Assembly: GCA_019358935.1 (NCBI GenBank)
Contig: JAHHIK010000016.1
Span: 36,046-100,045 of the forward strand
From: Tolypothrix carrinoi HA7290-LM1
Lineage (GTDB): Bacteria; Cyanobacteriota; Cyanobacteriia; Cyanobacteriales; Nostocaceae
Length of the DNA: 64,000 nt
Direction of reading: 5' to 3'
Each line of letters begins with the position of its first letter. Within the stretch, counting starts at the first letter, position 1. Shown here piece after piece: positions 29,649 through 40,261 of this stretch. The notes under the pieces were generated by a model. It did no database searches. It saw only the letters and a program-made list of their open reading frames with translations, and was not told the origin of the DNA. The position numbers and the translations under genes are program-made.

Positions 29649-30374
29649 ATCTTAATAATCAAAAATCCCGATTTCCCAATAGAAAATAAGCTGCTTGCGG
29701 CTTTGCCAGATGAAGATTACCAACGCCTTGTTCCTGACCTAGAGTTCGTCGAACTTCCAATCAAACAAGTTCTCTACGAACCAGAAGAACCCATAAAACA
29801 CGTCTATTTTGTCAATCAGGGAATAGTTTCGATAGTCTACACTACGGAAGACGGCTCGACAGTCGAAGTCGGTATGGTGGGCAATGAGGGTATGGTAGGT
29901 ATTCCCGTATTTTTGGGAGGCAACATGACAACCACAAGCGCATTTATGCAGGTCCCTGGCACTGCTATGAGGATGAAAGCTGTTCGGATCAAAGCCGAGT
30001 TTGACCTTGGTGGGTCGTTGCAAAAACTGCTGCTGCGCTACACCCAAGCACTGTTGACCCAGATTTCTCACACAGCTGTCTGTAACCGCCTGAATACGGT
30101 GGAAGAACGACTTGCCCGCTGGCTGCTGATGGTCGCTGACCTGACGCAATCAAACGAGTTTCCACTGACTCAGGAATTTATCGCCCAGATGCTCGGTGTG
30201 CGTCGCTCTGGTGTGACGGTGGCTGCTGGCATTCTCAGCCAAGCCGGAATGATTCGCTACAGCCGTGGCAGAATTACCATCCTCAATCGGGAGGATTTGG
30301 AAGCAACTTCTGGCGAGAGTTATAGAATGATAAAAACGGAATTTTCGCGCTTACTTGACACTGAGCATAAGTAG
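29649..30374 (+). CDS. Crp/Fnr family transcriptional regulator
   Basis: ENKLLAALP, VGNEGMVG, LTQEFIAQMLGVRRSGVT HTH; the frame extends upstream of TTG 29703 to an ATC after SD AAGGAG. Confidence 0.85.
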   Translation: MLIIKNPDFPIENKLLAALPDEDYQRLVPDLEFVELPIKQVLYEPEEPIKHVYFVNQGIVSIVYTTEDGSTVEVGMVGNEGMVGIPVFLGGNMTTTSAFMQVPGTAMRMKAVRIKAEFDLGGSLQKLLLRYTQALLTQISHTAVCNRLNTVEERLARWLLMVADLTQSNEFPLTQEFIAQMLGVRRSGVTVAAGILSQAGMIRYSRGRITILNREDLEATSGESYRMIKTEFSRLLDTEHK

Positions 30375-30470
30375 AACTGAAATTAACTCTTCTTATGTCG
30401 GAAACCGTACAGAACACCGATACCGATATGTTTATTTTAAGAAAAGACAACATTAACATTAACATTCTTT

Positions 30471-30507
30471 CTCACGCTCACTCTCTTAGACAGAGCGTGA
30501 GCTTTTT
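30471..30507 (+). terminator. Probable intrinsic terminator
   Basis: CTCACGCTC...GAGCGTGAG stem followed by CTTTTT. Confidence 0.5.
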
Positions 30508-30637
30508 CAGAGAGTATATTTAGCTACTCAATAAAAGTAGTTAACTATACTACTTTTTAGCTGAAGACATTAACTCAATTTTGCAGCAAAAGTATTTTTA
30601 TTGTATAAAAAGAGTGAATGCAACGAATGTAAATGTT

Positions 30638-31042
30638 ATGAGTCGAAAAGCCAAAAAAGTATTTAAACAATCAGGAGTAATTCCCTACAGAGTTACAAAC
30701 GGAAAAATTGAAGTTTTGCTGGTGACAGCTAGCGACTGTAAAAACTGGGTAATTCCCAAAGGAGGTATTTGCAATGGAATGAGTCCCCCCGCTTCCGCCG
30801 CAAAAGAAGCGTGGGAAGAAGCCGGGGTAATTGGTCAAGTGGATCGTAATGAACTGGGCACGTACAAATATCGCAAAAAAGGCAAAATTTACCAAGTCCA
30901 GACGTTTTTGTTAGCAGTTGAAACTGTATTGTCAGATTGGCCCGAAGCGAATCAAAGAAGACGGGAGTGGTTAGATCCAAGCAAAGCCATCAAGCGGGTT
31001 AAGAAAGCTTCACTCAAGCAAATTCTCAAAGGTTTTAGCTGA
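30638..31042 (+). CDS. NUDIX hydrolase
   Basis: WVIPKGG...AAKEAWEEAGV Nudix box. Confidence 0.9.
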   Translation: MSRKAKKVFKQSGVIPYRVTNGKIEVLLVTASDCKNWVIPKGGICNGMSPPASAAKEAWEEAGVIGQVDRNELGTYKYRKKGKIYQVQTFLLAVETVLSDWPEANQRRREWLDPSKAIKRVKKASLKQILKGFS

Positions 31043-31751
31043 GAGTAAGTGCATTATTTCTCGAAATTTATAATTTTATAATAGTTGATAAATAAAAGAA
31101 TTGTTGTCAATATTGCTCAGTTAAGTAAAATTTTGCTAATCTCAATAAACTTTTGTAATAAAGTTGAGAAATAAATGAACTTTTTTCTGAGTATTTAACT
31201 GGTAATGAAAATAATTATTAGGCGTTAAATAAGCCTCAGTTATCATTTATGTATAACCTCAGCCTGAGAATTTTTTATAACCATAGCAAAAGTCAATGAA
31301 ATCAAATATGTTGTATCTGGTAATGGTTATGCACGACTTGATCGCACTCGATAAACATCAGCTTATACAGGGGTTAGTCTGAATATGCATAGAGCGATCG
31401 CTTGTTGCAAACAATAACCCAAAAGTAGTAAAATTACACTATAAAATTACGGCTGTACCTCTGTTTCTTAGGATAAAAGCTAGTTCAATAGAAGAATTGT
31501 TAAGAAATTACAGACGTAATTTCTGCACAGTAATTCATAAGAGCGATGTTACCGTAATACCTGTATAAATCTTGCTAATTGGTTTATCCTAGACCCAAAA
31601 TCTATCTCAAGTCGTAACCGAAAGCTACCCCTACGGTAGAAGTCAGAAAAAATTAGAATATTTAGTTTGTTCGTAAAAGGCAATAGCCTTAAGAAGAAAC
31701 CTATATGTATGCATTTTGTTGGTGATATGACTAATAGGGCGTAAATTTCAA

Positions 31752-32912
31752 GTGAAGATAGAACAGTTTATTCAACGTACAGAAGCATTCCACAGGCGTT
31801 TAGCAGACTTGAACCAAACTGCGATCGCATTGCCTTGTTTAAAGTCGGAGATGTTACCGCAAGCTTTTAAAGAACTCAGTAGCAACTCCAGGATGTTGCA
31901 GTTAGCCGCTGAGGAAATATATGTACAAAATGAGGAATTAATACGCACACGAAATATACTAGAAGAACAATGCGATCGCTACCAGAATTTATTTTATTTT
32001 GCACCAAACGCCTATTTATTAACTAATACTCAAGGCATAATTCAAGAAGCTAACTATCTTGCTATCACCTTGCTAAACGTTCATCAAAATTATCTAATAG
32101 GCAAACCATTAATTAACTTTGTTCCTTTAGAAAAACGTCGGGGCTTTCGCAATGACTTAGTAGAAGTATTAAAACCAGACAGCAGTAGAGAATTATCAGT
32201 CAGCTTGTACCAACGCGATGGTAAATTACTTAATTTAACTTTAACAGAAGCAACTGTTCCCAATCAACAGGGTAAACCGACAAACTTACTCTGGGTGTTG
32301 CGTGAAATTCCTCAGCCTCAGCAAAGAGAAGCTAACAACGAATTTTACTTCACCGAAAATCGCTTTATATATAAATATTCTAAAGGAGAAACTATAACCC
32401 TCAAACCATCAGAAATTTTTTATGTTTGTCAGGGTTTAGTTAAACTTAATACATTTTGTGAAACTGGCGAACAAGTGCTGACAGGGTTAGCAGGTGAAAA
32501 AATGGTTTTTGGCTCTAGTTTGACTTCTTTACAAACTTACCAAGCAACAGCGCTGGTGGATGTTGAGTTAGTTTCAATTGATGTAGCAGAGATAACAGAA
32601 ACGCCGACGCTGAGTCATGCGCTTTTACCAAAAATTAATCAAAGATTGCGGCAAACAGAATCTTTTTTAGCTATTTCCGGAAGGCAACGAGTACAAGACC
32701 GTTTACATTATTTATTATTACTTTTAAAACAAGAAATCGGTCAACCTGTCCCAGAAGGAACCCGCTTAAATTTTCGCCTCACCCACGAAGAACTTGCTAG
32801 CGCGTGTTGTACTACCAGAGTTACAATTACGCGATTGATGGGCAAGTTACAACAACAAGGTGTAATTAGCTTTGATTCAAAAAAGCATATAATTCTGCAA
32901 AATTTAACTTAG
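31752..32912 (+). CDS. Coiled-coil + PAS + Crp-type HTH regulator
   Basis: YQNLFYFAPNAYLLTNTQGII PAS; RLTHEELASACCTTRVTITRLMG HTH. Confidence 0.82.
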   Translation: MKIEQFIQRTEAFHRRLADLNQTAIALPCLKSEMLPQAFKELSSNSRMLQLAAEEIYVQNEELIRTRNILEEQCDRYQNLFYFAPNAYLLTNTQGIIQEANYLAITLLNVHQNYLIGKPLINFVPLEKRRGFRNDLVEVLKPDSSRELSVSLYQRDGKLLNLTLTEATVPNQQGKPTNLLWVLREIPQPQQREANNEFYFTENRFIYKYSKGETITLKPSEIFYVCQGLVKLNTFCETGEQVLTGLAGEKMVFGSSLTSLQTYQATALVDVELVSIDVAEITETPTLSHALLPKINQRLRQTESFLAISGRQRVQDRLHYLLLLLKQEIGQPVPEGTRLNFRLTHEELASACCTTRVTITRLMGKLQQQGVISFDSKKHIILQNLT

Positions 32913-33080
32913 GGCAATGGGCAATGGGCATTGGGCATTGGGCATTGGGCATAGGTTTGGCTGTGCGTTGGGGAGGCAGTGCGTTGCGGGGGTTCCCCCC
33001 GTTGTAGCACCTGCCGTCGGCTCTGCCGACAGACGCGCACCTGCCGTCATGGGGCAATGGGCATGGGGCAATGGGCATTC
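32912..33080. repeat. G-rich STRR array with nested structured elements
   Basis: (GGGCAWT)n; 45-nt inner element 32973-33017 inside an outer element. Confidence 0.8.
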
Positions 33081-33124
33081 ATGAGGGCATGGGTTATGGT
33101 TGATGGAGAATTTTGGGGTTTTGG

Positions 33125-33490
33125 ATGGCGAAACCTGATTTTGAAGATTTGCAAGTCTACCAACTGGCTGAAAAGCTAGCTAACCAAATTTGGCATATTG
33201 TTAAAGAATGGGATTATTTCAGCAAAGATACAATCGGCAAGCAAATCGTTAGGGCTGCTGATAGTGTTTGTGCGAATATCGCAGAAGGGCGAGGTCGGTA
33301 TAATGACCAAGACAATCGGCGATTTGTAAAGATTGCCAGAGGCTCTTTATATGAAACAATAAGCTGGTTGAGACTAGGCTACGCCCGACAACTCTTAACA
33401 AGTGAACATGTAAACAAATTCAAACCAATCATTGATGAGCTATTACCCAAACTCAATGCTTACCTTAAATCTATAGGAAATAGGGAATAG
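33125..33490 (+). CDS. Four helix bundle protein (23S rRNA IVP / bAvd-like)
   Basis: FEDLQVYQLA, QIVRAADSVCANIAEGRGR, FVKIARGSLYET. Confidence 0.9.
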   Translation: MAKPDFEDLQVYQLAEKLANQIWHIVKEWDYFSKDTIGKQIVRAADSVCANIAEGRGRYNDQDNRRFVKIARGSLYETISWLRLGYARQLLTSEHVNKFKPIIDELLPKLNAYLKSIGNRE

Positions 33491-33718
33491 GGCATGGGGC
33501 ATTGGGCATGGGGGATGGGGCATGGGGCATGGGGATTTGAAGAGGGGAAAGGGGAAAGGGGAAAGGGGAAAGGGGAAAAGCCCATTGCCCAATGCCCATT
33601 GCCCAATGCCCCATGCCCCATGCCCATTGCCCATTGCCCATTGCCCAATGCCCATTGCCCATTGCCCATTGCCCAATGCCCATTGCCCAATGCCCATTGC
33701 CCACTCCCCATTCCCCAT
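33490..33718. repeat. STRR arrays (GGGGCAT)n,(GGGGAAA)n then (TGCCCAW)n
   Basis: Visible heptamer arrays; distal array complementary to the array upstream of the four-helix gene. Confidence 0.85.
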
Positions 33719-35553
33719 TACCTAATCGTAAAGTTAAATGGCAAACGAGCATAAACGCCGAGGGGATCGTTCATTTTTTGCATAATCGCTAATTCCTTTT
33801 GTAGTTTTTGGAATTCAGCGGTTAGTAAATCGGGTGATTTAGTTATTGTCTCAATTCCCAAAATAGTCCGCGCTTCTTGAGTTACCCCGCCAAAAAAGCG
33901 TTCTTCAAAAGTGCTGCGTCTGGGATGCTCTTGTAATTCCCAATCGTTTGCTAAATTCGCGCTTTTAGCGGCATAATTTATAGCAGTATCCATGCCGCCA
34001 ATTTCATCAACTAAGCCGATTTGCTTTGCCGCTACCCCAGACCAAACTCGTCCTTGAGCGATTTCTGCTACCTTTTGTTGTGGGAGTTTGCGTCCTTGAG
34101 AAACTTTGTTGAGAAATAGATTATAAATGCGGTTAACAGTGCGCTGATAAACAGCTAACTCTTCGGGAGATTTGGGGCGAGAGACGGTTTGACTATCAGC
34201 ATAGCGTCCGGTTTTGACTGAATCCCAGGTAATGCCGTTATTATTCGCCAGTTTTTGCCCATTTAGCAGCAAGCCAAAGACGCCGATTGAACCTGTGATG
34301 GTGTTTGGTTCGGCAAAAATGCGGTTGGAATCGCTGGCTATCCAGTAACCACCAGAGGCAGCGACATCACCCATTGAAACAACAACTGGTTTGATTTTGC
34401 GAGTTAGCCGTACTTCTCGCTGCATCACTTCTGCGGCAGTAGCGCTACCACCGGGACTGTTGATCCGCAATACAACTGCTTTCACATTTTTATCTTGTCG
34501 TAGTTTGCGGAAAGTTTTGGCAAAGCGATCGCCTCCTACTTCACCATCGCTACCTTGACCATCGACAATTTCACCTTCCGCATAAACCACAGCAATTTTA
34601 TTTCTAGAGTCGCGTTCTATACCGAATTGCTTGCCAGAAACTCCGGCGTATTCTGCTAAGTCGATTTGACGGAATGTTCTATCTTCCTTATCGCTATCAG
34701 TTAACTTTTTCAAATCGCTAACTACTTCATCGAAATAATCTACCCGATCTACCAAACCGCTAGACTTGGCTTCATCAGCCATTAAGACAGCTTGATTATC
34801 GGCGATCGCCTGCAATTTTTGCGGAGTAAGTTTACGACTTTTACCCACCGCAGTACGCCATTCTGACCAAACATCATCCAACAATTTTTGAGTTTGTTGG
34901 CGGTTCTCCGGACTCAATTTTGGCAGTATATACGGTTCCACCGCGCCTTTAAATTTACCAACGCGCACAACTTGAACACCTATACCATACTTTTGCAATG
35001 CTCCCGTGAGAAACATCGTTTGTGTACTCAAACCGTTAACTTCCATCTCTCCTAGGGGATTGACGACAACTGTATCGGCAACCGAACTTAAGTAATATTC
35101 CCGTTCCCCCAATTCCATACCGTATGCTATAATCTTTTTCCCAGAGGCGCGGAACTTCTCCAACTCCTGACGGACTTCTTTAAGAGTCGCAAAACCCCCA
35201 ATGCTACTACCTGCTCCGCTATGAGTAGCATCTAAGTAGATAGCGACAATTCGTTTATCACGACGCGCTTTTTCTAAAGCATCGATCACCCTGCGGAGTG
35301 ACATTCTATTCTCATTTTCACCTGATAGTGCTTGCTGAAAAACTTCATTAGAACTTGGTTCGCTGTCAGTGATTTTCGTCGCCAAGTCAAAAACCAACAC
35401 TGACTTATCCTTGACTATGGGTCCAGTGTCTTTGGAGGTAGCAGCAATCAGCAACAGAAAGAACAGTGTGCTGGTGCCGACACCGCAGAAAATAATCAGT
35501 CCCAGTAAGCTGCCAACTAAGCTAGCAAAAGTTTGTTTGAGAAAATTACGCAT
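33718..35553 (-). CDS. sppA: Signal peptide peptidase SppA (67K type)
   Basis: LRINSPGGSA, AASGGYW, ITGSIGV, GRVWSG. Confidence 0.93.
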   Translation of the reverse strand: MRNFLKQTFASLVGSLLGLIIFCGVGTSTLFFLLLIAATSKDTGPIVKDKSVLVFDLATKITDSEPSSNEVFQQALSGENENRMSLRRVIDALEKARRDKRIVAIYLDATHSGAGSSIGGFATLKEVRQELEKFRASGKKIIAYGMELGEREYYLSSVADTVVVNPLGEMEVNGLSTQTMFLTGALQKYGIGVQVVRVGKFKGAVEPYILPKLSPENRQQTQKLLDDVWSEWRTAVGKSRKLTPQKLQAIADNQAVLMADEAKSSGLVDRVDYFDEVVSDLKKLTDSDKEDRTFRQIDLAEYAGVSGKQFGIERDSRNKIAVVYAEGEIVDGQGSDGEVGGDRFAKTFRKLRQDKNVKAVVLRINSPGGSATAAEVMQREVRLTRKIKPVVVSMGDVAASGGYWIASDSNRIFAEPNTITGSIGVFGLLLNGQKLANNNGITWDSVKTGRYADSQTVSRPKSPEELAVYQRTVNRIYNLFLNKVSQGRKLPQQKVAEIAQGRVWSGVAAKQIGLVDEIGGMDTAINYAAKSANLANDWELQEHPRRSTFEERFFGGVTQEARTILGIETITKSPDLLTAEFQKLQKELAIMQKMNDPLGVYARLPFNFTIR

Positions 35554-35732
35554 TTTTTTTAGTTATTAGTTAATAGTCAATAGTCAAAGATTTTGGACGA
35601 TTGACTTGTTTGCTTATAATTCCACCGAATATCTCAAACCTAACATTTAAACGGTTTAAAGCTGCTGCAACTTATATTAACGTGAAGTTCGATGAACCTC
35701 TCCCCAACCCCCTCTTTTTACCAAAAAACCTG

Positions 35733-35761
35733 GTAGAGACGTTCCAATGGAACGTCTCTAC
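35733..35761. repeat. GTAG-type REP-like palindrome
   Basis: GTAGAGACGTTCC-AAT-GGAACGTCTCTAC perfect hairpin. Confidence 0.8.
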
Positions 35762-35801
35762 CGTGTGGAATAACGAAAAATCGTTATACAAGGGTAAAGG
35801 G

Positions 35802-36848
35802 TTAGGTTTCTATTTTTTGTAAACTTCCAGAATTTTGCAACTGATATAAGGTAGCATTACCAGTGCAGAATAGGACTGTAGTGATTTCGGCAATTAAGAC
35901 ATCAGCCAGCTCGCACAATGCTGCTTCTCCCACCGCTGCTGCTTGCAAGAATGGCATTGCCAAACCTGCGATATCTGCTTTCAGGGCGATCGCTTTTGCT
36001 GCATCCAGTCCATGACGCAATCCCCCAGAAGCTATCAATGGCACTTTCGGTGCAACAGCCCGAATACTTGTAATGCACTCTGCTGTCGGTAAACCCCAAT
36101 CAGCAAAGGTTTCTCCTAAACGCCTTTGTAAAGCATTTTCTGCTCTTTCGCTTTCCACCTTTGCCCAAGACGTACCACCCGCACCGGCTACATCAATCGC
36201 TGTCACACCAGCGGCAATCAATTTCTCTGCCATTTTTGCAGAAATGCCATTGCCGACTTCTTTGACAATTACAGGCACGGGTATTTTACTGCATAATTCG
36301 GCGATTTTGTCAAGCAAGCCGCGAAAATTTGTATCGCCTCGCGCTTGGATGCATTCTTGCAACGGGTTTAAGTGTAAAATCAAAGCATCGGCTTCGAGAA
36401 TATCGACTACGCGCAGACATTCATCTAAACCGTATTTATAATTAAATTGCACAGCGCCCAAATTCGCAAGTAGTAAAACATCCGGAGCGTACTTTCGCAG
36501 CGCAAACGTATCAGCAACCGAGGGTTTTTCTACTGCCACACGCTGAGAACCGACACCCATTGCTATTTTATAGTGTTGTGCGACTTCTGCCAAACGACGG
36601 TTAATGATTCCCGCTTGTTCGGTACCACCAGTCATCGAAGAAATTAACAAAGGTGCCAAGAGAGTTTTCCCTAAAAACGTTGTGCTGATGTCAATGTCAT
36701 TTCGGTCTAATTCCGGTAAACAACAATGAATAAAGCGATAGCGTTCGAGTCCATTAGTAATTTGCTGACATTGAACATCTTCCTCAAGACAGATGCGGAT
36801 GTGGTCTGCCTTGCGAGTTTGCGTAGAAAAGCTGGTGGGAACGTTCAC
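35802..36848 (-). CDS. fni: Type 2 isopentenyl-diphosphate delta-isomerase
   Basis: [33 protein letters not shown]; start (GTG) uncertain. Confidence 0.92.
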   Translation of the reverse strand: MNVPTSFSTQTRKADHIRICLEEDVQCQQITNGLERYRFIHCCLPELDRNDIDISTTFLGKTLLAPLLISSMTGGTEQAGIINRRLAEVAQHYKIAMGVGSQRVAVEKPSVADTFALRKYAPDVLLLANLGAVQFNYKYGLDECLRVVDILEADALILHLNPLQECIQARGDTNFRGLLDKIAELCSKIPVPVIVKEVGNGISAKMAEKLIAAGVTAIDVAGAGGTSWAKVESERAENALQRRLGETFADWGLPTAECITSIRAVAPKVPLIASGGLRHGLDAAKAIALKADIAGLAMPFLQAAAVGEAALCELADVLIAEITTVLFCTGNATLYQLQNSGSLQKIET

Positions 36849-37020
36849 GGATAGATATAACTGAAAGTTGTGTTGATTATAATTCTGTAGCGATCGCTTC
36901 AGCGCTCTCAAATTTGAGGACGCGCATTCCTCACTACGAACAATTCACGACATAGACCATCAAGGTTGATAGCTAATAGCTAATTGCTTGTTTTTCCGAT
37001 TAGCCATTAGCCATTAGCTA

Positions 37021-38514
37021 TTACCGATTACCCATTCTTTCTTCTAAAGCATCGCGAGCGTGTTCTCGGTCATCAAAGTGGATTTTTTCGGTGCCGAGAA
37101 TTTGATAATCTTCGTGACCTTTACCGGCAAGTAATACGCCGTCTCCGGGTTGAGCTTGTAAAATTGCGGTGCGAATGGCAGTAGCGCGATCGCATATAAC
37201 TGTCGGATTAATTGTATCAGGAATTCCCGCCAAAACATCTGATAAAATTCGTTCTGGGTCTTCCGTCCGGGGATTATCTGATGTCACAACCGCTACATCA
37301 GCTAATTCGGCGGCGATTTTACCCATTTTGGGACGTTTAGTGCGATCGCGATCGCCTCCGCAACCAAACACGCAAATCATCTTACCAGGAATAAACGGAC
37401 GTGCGGCTTTCAGCAAATTTTCCAAACTATCGGGAGTGTGAGCATAATCGACAATCACGCTGATTTCCTGTTCCGAAGTAATTTGCACTCGTTCCATCCG
37501 TCCGGGAACTCCCGGAAACTCAGGTATCACAGAAGCAATTAACTGCAAATCTAAACCTAAGTGTAAAACAGCCCCTACCGCCGCTAGGAGATTTTCTAAA
37601 TTATATTGACCAACTAAAGGCGATTGAAAAGCAACATTACCATGAGGTGTATGCATTGTACCACTTACACCATTAGGCTCGTAATTTAAATCACTCATCC
37701 ACAAATCAGCCGTAGAATCGTTAACACTGTAACTCCAAACTTTATCTGAATTCAAAGACGTAATTAATCGCTTTCCATAAACATCATCGCTGTTAATTAT
37801 CGCCCTTCCCGTGAGATAATCAGAATTGAAAAGTAGTGCCTTCGCCGCAAAATAATCCTCCATATCAATGTGATAGTCAAGATGGTCTTGAGTGAGATTG
37901 CTAAACACCCCCACCTCAAATTGACAACCCATCACTCTACCCTGCGCCAAAGCATGAGAACTAACTTCCATCACCCCGAACTCATTACCAGCATTTAAAG
38001 CGGACGCCAGCTGCTGCTGCAACTGGACCGCAAACGGCGTAGTATGGACAGCAGTTTGCTCAAAACCTGCCCAACGAGTGTAGAGAGTTCCCATCAAAGC
38101 CGTATTTTTATTTGCCTTGTGCAGCAAATATTCAATCAGATGAGTAGTAGTAGTTTTGCCATTCGTACCCGTCATCCCCACCAGCTTGAGTTTTTGTCCG
38201 GGATAATTGTAAAAAGCTGCCGCAATTTGGGCACAAGCCTTAGTCATATCCTTTGCAGCGATCGCACACTCACTTGTGGTCGGATTTTTTTCAGCCGCCT
38301 GAGGTGAGATAATAGCAGCAATTGCACCGGATGCGATCGCGCTTTGCCAAAACTCCCCACCATCAACTCGCGTTCCCGGCATACCGATAAACAAATCTCC
38401 CACACCACAAGCATGAGAATTCGTCTTCAAACCTTTCACCTCTGCATCCATCGCTGAATGTTCAGGTAATTGTCCAATTCCCTCTACACCCGCTAATAAT
38501 TCACGCAGTTTCAT
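37021..38514 (-). CDS. murE: UDP-MurNAc-tripeptide synthetase (m-DAP ligase)
   Basis: GTNGKTT, MEVSSH, NLTQDHLDYH, DYAHTPD, DNPR, AGKGHE. Confidence 0.95.
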   Translation of the reverse strand: MKLRELLAGVEGIGQLPEHSAMDAEVKGLKTNSHACGVGDLFIGMPGTRVDGGEFWQSAIASGAIAAIISPQAAEKNPTTSECAIAAKDMTKACAQIAAAFYNYPGQKLKLVGMTGTNGKTTTTHLIEYLLHKANKNTALMGTLYTRWAGFEQTAVHTTPFAVQLQQQLASALNAGNEFGVMEVSSHALAQGRVMGCQFEVGVFSNLTQDHLDYHIDMEDYFAAKALLFNSDYLTGRAIINSDDVYGKRLITSLNSDKVWSYSVNDSTADLWMSDLNYEPNGVSGTMHTPHGNVAFQSPLVGQYNLENLLAAVGAVLHLGLDLQLIASVIPEFPGVPGRMERVQITSEQEISVIVDYAHTPDSLENLLKAARPFIPGKMICVFGCGGDRDRTKRPKMGKIAAELADVAVVTSDNPRTEDPERILSDVLAGIPDTINPTVICDRATAIRTAILQAQPGDGVLLAGKGHEDYQILGTEKIHFDDREHARDALEERMGNR

Positions 38515-38580
38515 CTTGCGAACCTCGTCACCCGCTAACATTGCGCTTATTTTGCACTATTTTTCAGTTTATACAAACAC

Positions 38581-38886
38581 CTATAAATACTTCCGGAGCA
38601 TTTTCTCCAATTGTGACACCGTTGCACGCGGCGAAGGACGCGGTATCATCTCCTCCCTTCCCTCTTCCTCTGCTGACTCTGCGTCTCTGCGGTAGCCTTC
38701 GGCAACGCCAGAGGCGAACGTTACATAAAGCACCGGCACCTCATACTGATATGCAGCAAACCACTCATCACGAGTCATAATATCGCGAATTTCCAACTCA
38801 AAGTCAAGATTTTCGATTTGTTCTAACTTTTCCTGCAACCCCTCGCATAAATGACAACCAGGTTTACTGTATAAAATTAATCGCAT
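38581..38886 (-). CDS. Glutaredoxin-like (DUF836) protein with in-frame repeat insertion
   Basis: YSKPGCHLC, YQYEVPVL, IPRPSPR; extra segment derived from a dispersed repeat. Confidence 0.85.
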   Translation of the reverse strand: MRLILYSKPGCHLCEGLQEKLEQIENLDFELEIRDIMTRDEWFAAYQYEVPVLYVTFASGVAEGYRRDAESAEEEGREEMIPRPSPRATVSQLEKMLRKYL

Positions 38887-38947
38887 TTGTTGAATACCAA
38901 TTAGGATAAATCTCACACCAAAACCCAAAGTATGAGATTATTAAATT

Positions 38948-40003
38948 TTAAGTTTGTACTGCAAATTCATCTGGATCGATTCCCCAGTTTACCCAACGAA
39001 TCGCCTCTCGCGCTGATTTTACATCAGGTGGGACGCGCAACACATGAATAAATCCGGTACTGGGGCAAGTCATCTTTAGCAGATAAATTGGCTCGATATC
39101 TATATTATTATCAATTTTTAATAATGTATATTCTTGATATGAATCTAATTCAGTTGCTTGCAATTGTTGGATAATGCGAGTGTAACCGATACCCTGAATT
39201 AACACTCGCCGCAGTTCGGCATTATCTTCTTCTAAAAGCCATTTAGCTTGCCATTCTTGCGGATGTAGTTTGCCGTATTTTTCTGGTAACGTCACACCAT
39301 GATAAGCGTAGAGGCTGTATCCGTCTGTAAATTGTATCGCGGGTTCGCCTTCGGCGTGCAGTCGGTTTTGGTTGTCGAAGCGCAGGTGAATCGGGCGATC
39401 GCATACAATACAAATATTTTCAAAAGGGAAAATCCAGCCGCAATTTTTGACAAGTGACTCAAATATATTACTGAGTTTTTCAGAAAAGCTGCAATTTAAT
39501 ATAGAATTACAACAGTCAATAAAAATATACAATCGATATGATTCTATTTGAATCATGTATTCTAGCAAATCAGAAGTTACATCAAAATCTATATCAATAA
39601 AAACTAGACGGACATTATCCAAAATAATTTGATTATATAGTAACGATTCATCTAGATTCAGTAATCTTATAATTTTTTCATAGACAATATCAGGTGATTT
39701 ATCTTTAAATTCATCGCTATATTTTTCAAAAAAATCTTTATCGAATAAATAAATTTGCTTAATTAAATTCTTTTTCTCATCAGGTAGATTGAAAATAGTT
39801 TGTAGTGCGCTGTAAGGACTAGAACAAAAAACTATTTGTGGTTGTTGCCAATCAATCAAACCGTAAGCTGCTTTAATCGCTTCCCTCGCTTTTTCTCTAT
39901 CAATTCTCTCAGTTGAAAGCGCAATTTTTCTCCACTTTTCGCGAGAAACCGGAATCAAGGCTTCTTGTTCTGGAGTTAGCTTTGTAATCTTTTTTTGTGA
40001 CAT
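38948..40003 (-). CDS. DUF6745-like protein
   Basis: LTPEQEALIP..EKW N-terminus; RLHAEGEPAI, NAELRR, MTCPSTG..LRVPP C-terminus. Confidence 0.75.
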   Translation of the reverse strand: MSQKKITKLTPEQEALIPVSREKWRKIALSTERIDREKAREAIKAAYGLIDWQQPQIVFCSSPYSALQTIFNLPDEKKNLIKQIYLFDKDFFEKYSDEFKDKSPDIVYEKIIRLLNLDESLLYNQIILDNVRLVFIDIDFDVTSDLLEYMIQIESYRLYIFIDCCNSILNCSFSEKLSNIFESLVKNCGWIFPFENICIVCDRPIHLRFDNQNRLHAEGEPAIQFTDGYSLYAYHGVTLPEKYGKLHPQEWQAKWLLEEDNAELRRVLIQGIGYTRIIQQLQATELDSYQEYTLLKIDNNIDIEPIYLLKMTCPSTGFIHVLRVPPDVKSAREAIRWVNWGIDPDEFAVQT

Positions 40004-40104
40004 AGTGGGGTGACTTGGTAAATATATCTTACAAAAATAACCTCAGCAAAGGAAATTCGCCAATATATATGTTAATTGATATTATTTCGTCTGTTCCCTA
40101 TCGC

Positions 40105-40218
40105 ACCAGGAAATAAATTTCCTGGCTAATAGCGTAAGTCCTCGCATATAGGACTATAAATCCATATTTAGTCCACTTAAGTGGACTTATGCTATAAGCC
40201 TGGGATTTAAATCCCAGG
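40105..40218. repeat. Multi-hairpin REP/MITE-like element
   Basis: CCAGGAAAT-A-AATTTCCTGG-like hairpin, AGTCCACTTAAGTGGACT, CCTGGGATTTAAATCCCAGG palindromes. Confidence 0.65.
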
Positions 40219-40261
40219 TGGGTAAAATGCTTGTTGCAAGATTAACCTTTAACAAAAAATC

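Noticed and set aside
33125..33490. Diversity-generating retroelement (Avd-like gene)
   Set aside because: No reverse transcriptase and no TR/VR pair with adenine-specific differences in the window; the Rpn duplicate differences are not A-specific
33443..33792. ORFs such as MGNGEWAMGIGQW / PIAHCPLPNAHC (also at 18743-19098, 42136, 44530-45158, 50421-50672, 57371, 62878-63188)
   Set aside because: Translation artefacts of heptamer arrays, which are open in several frames
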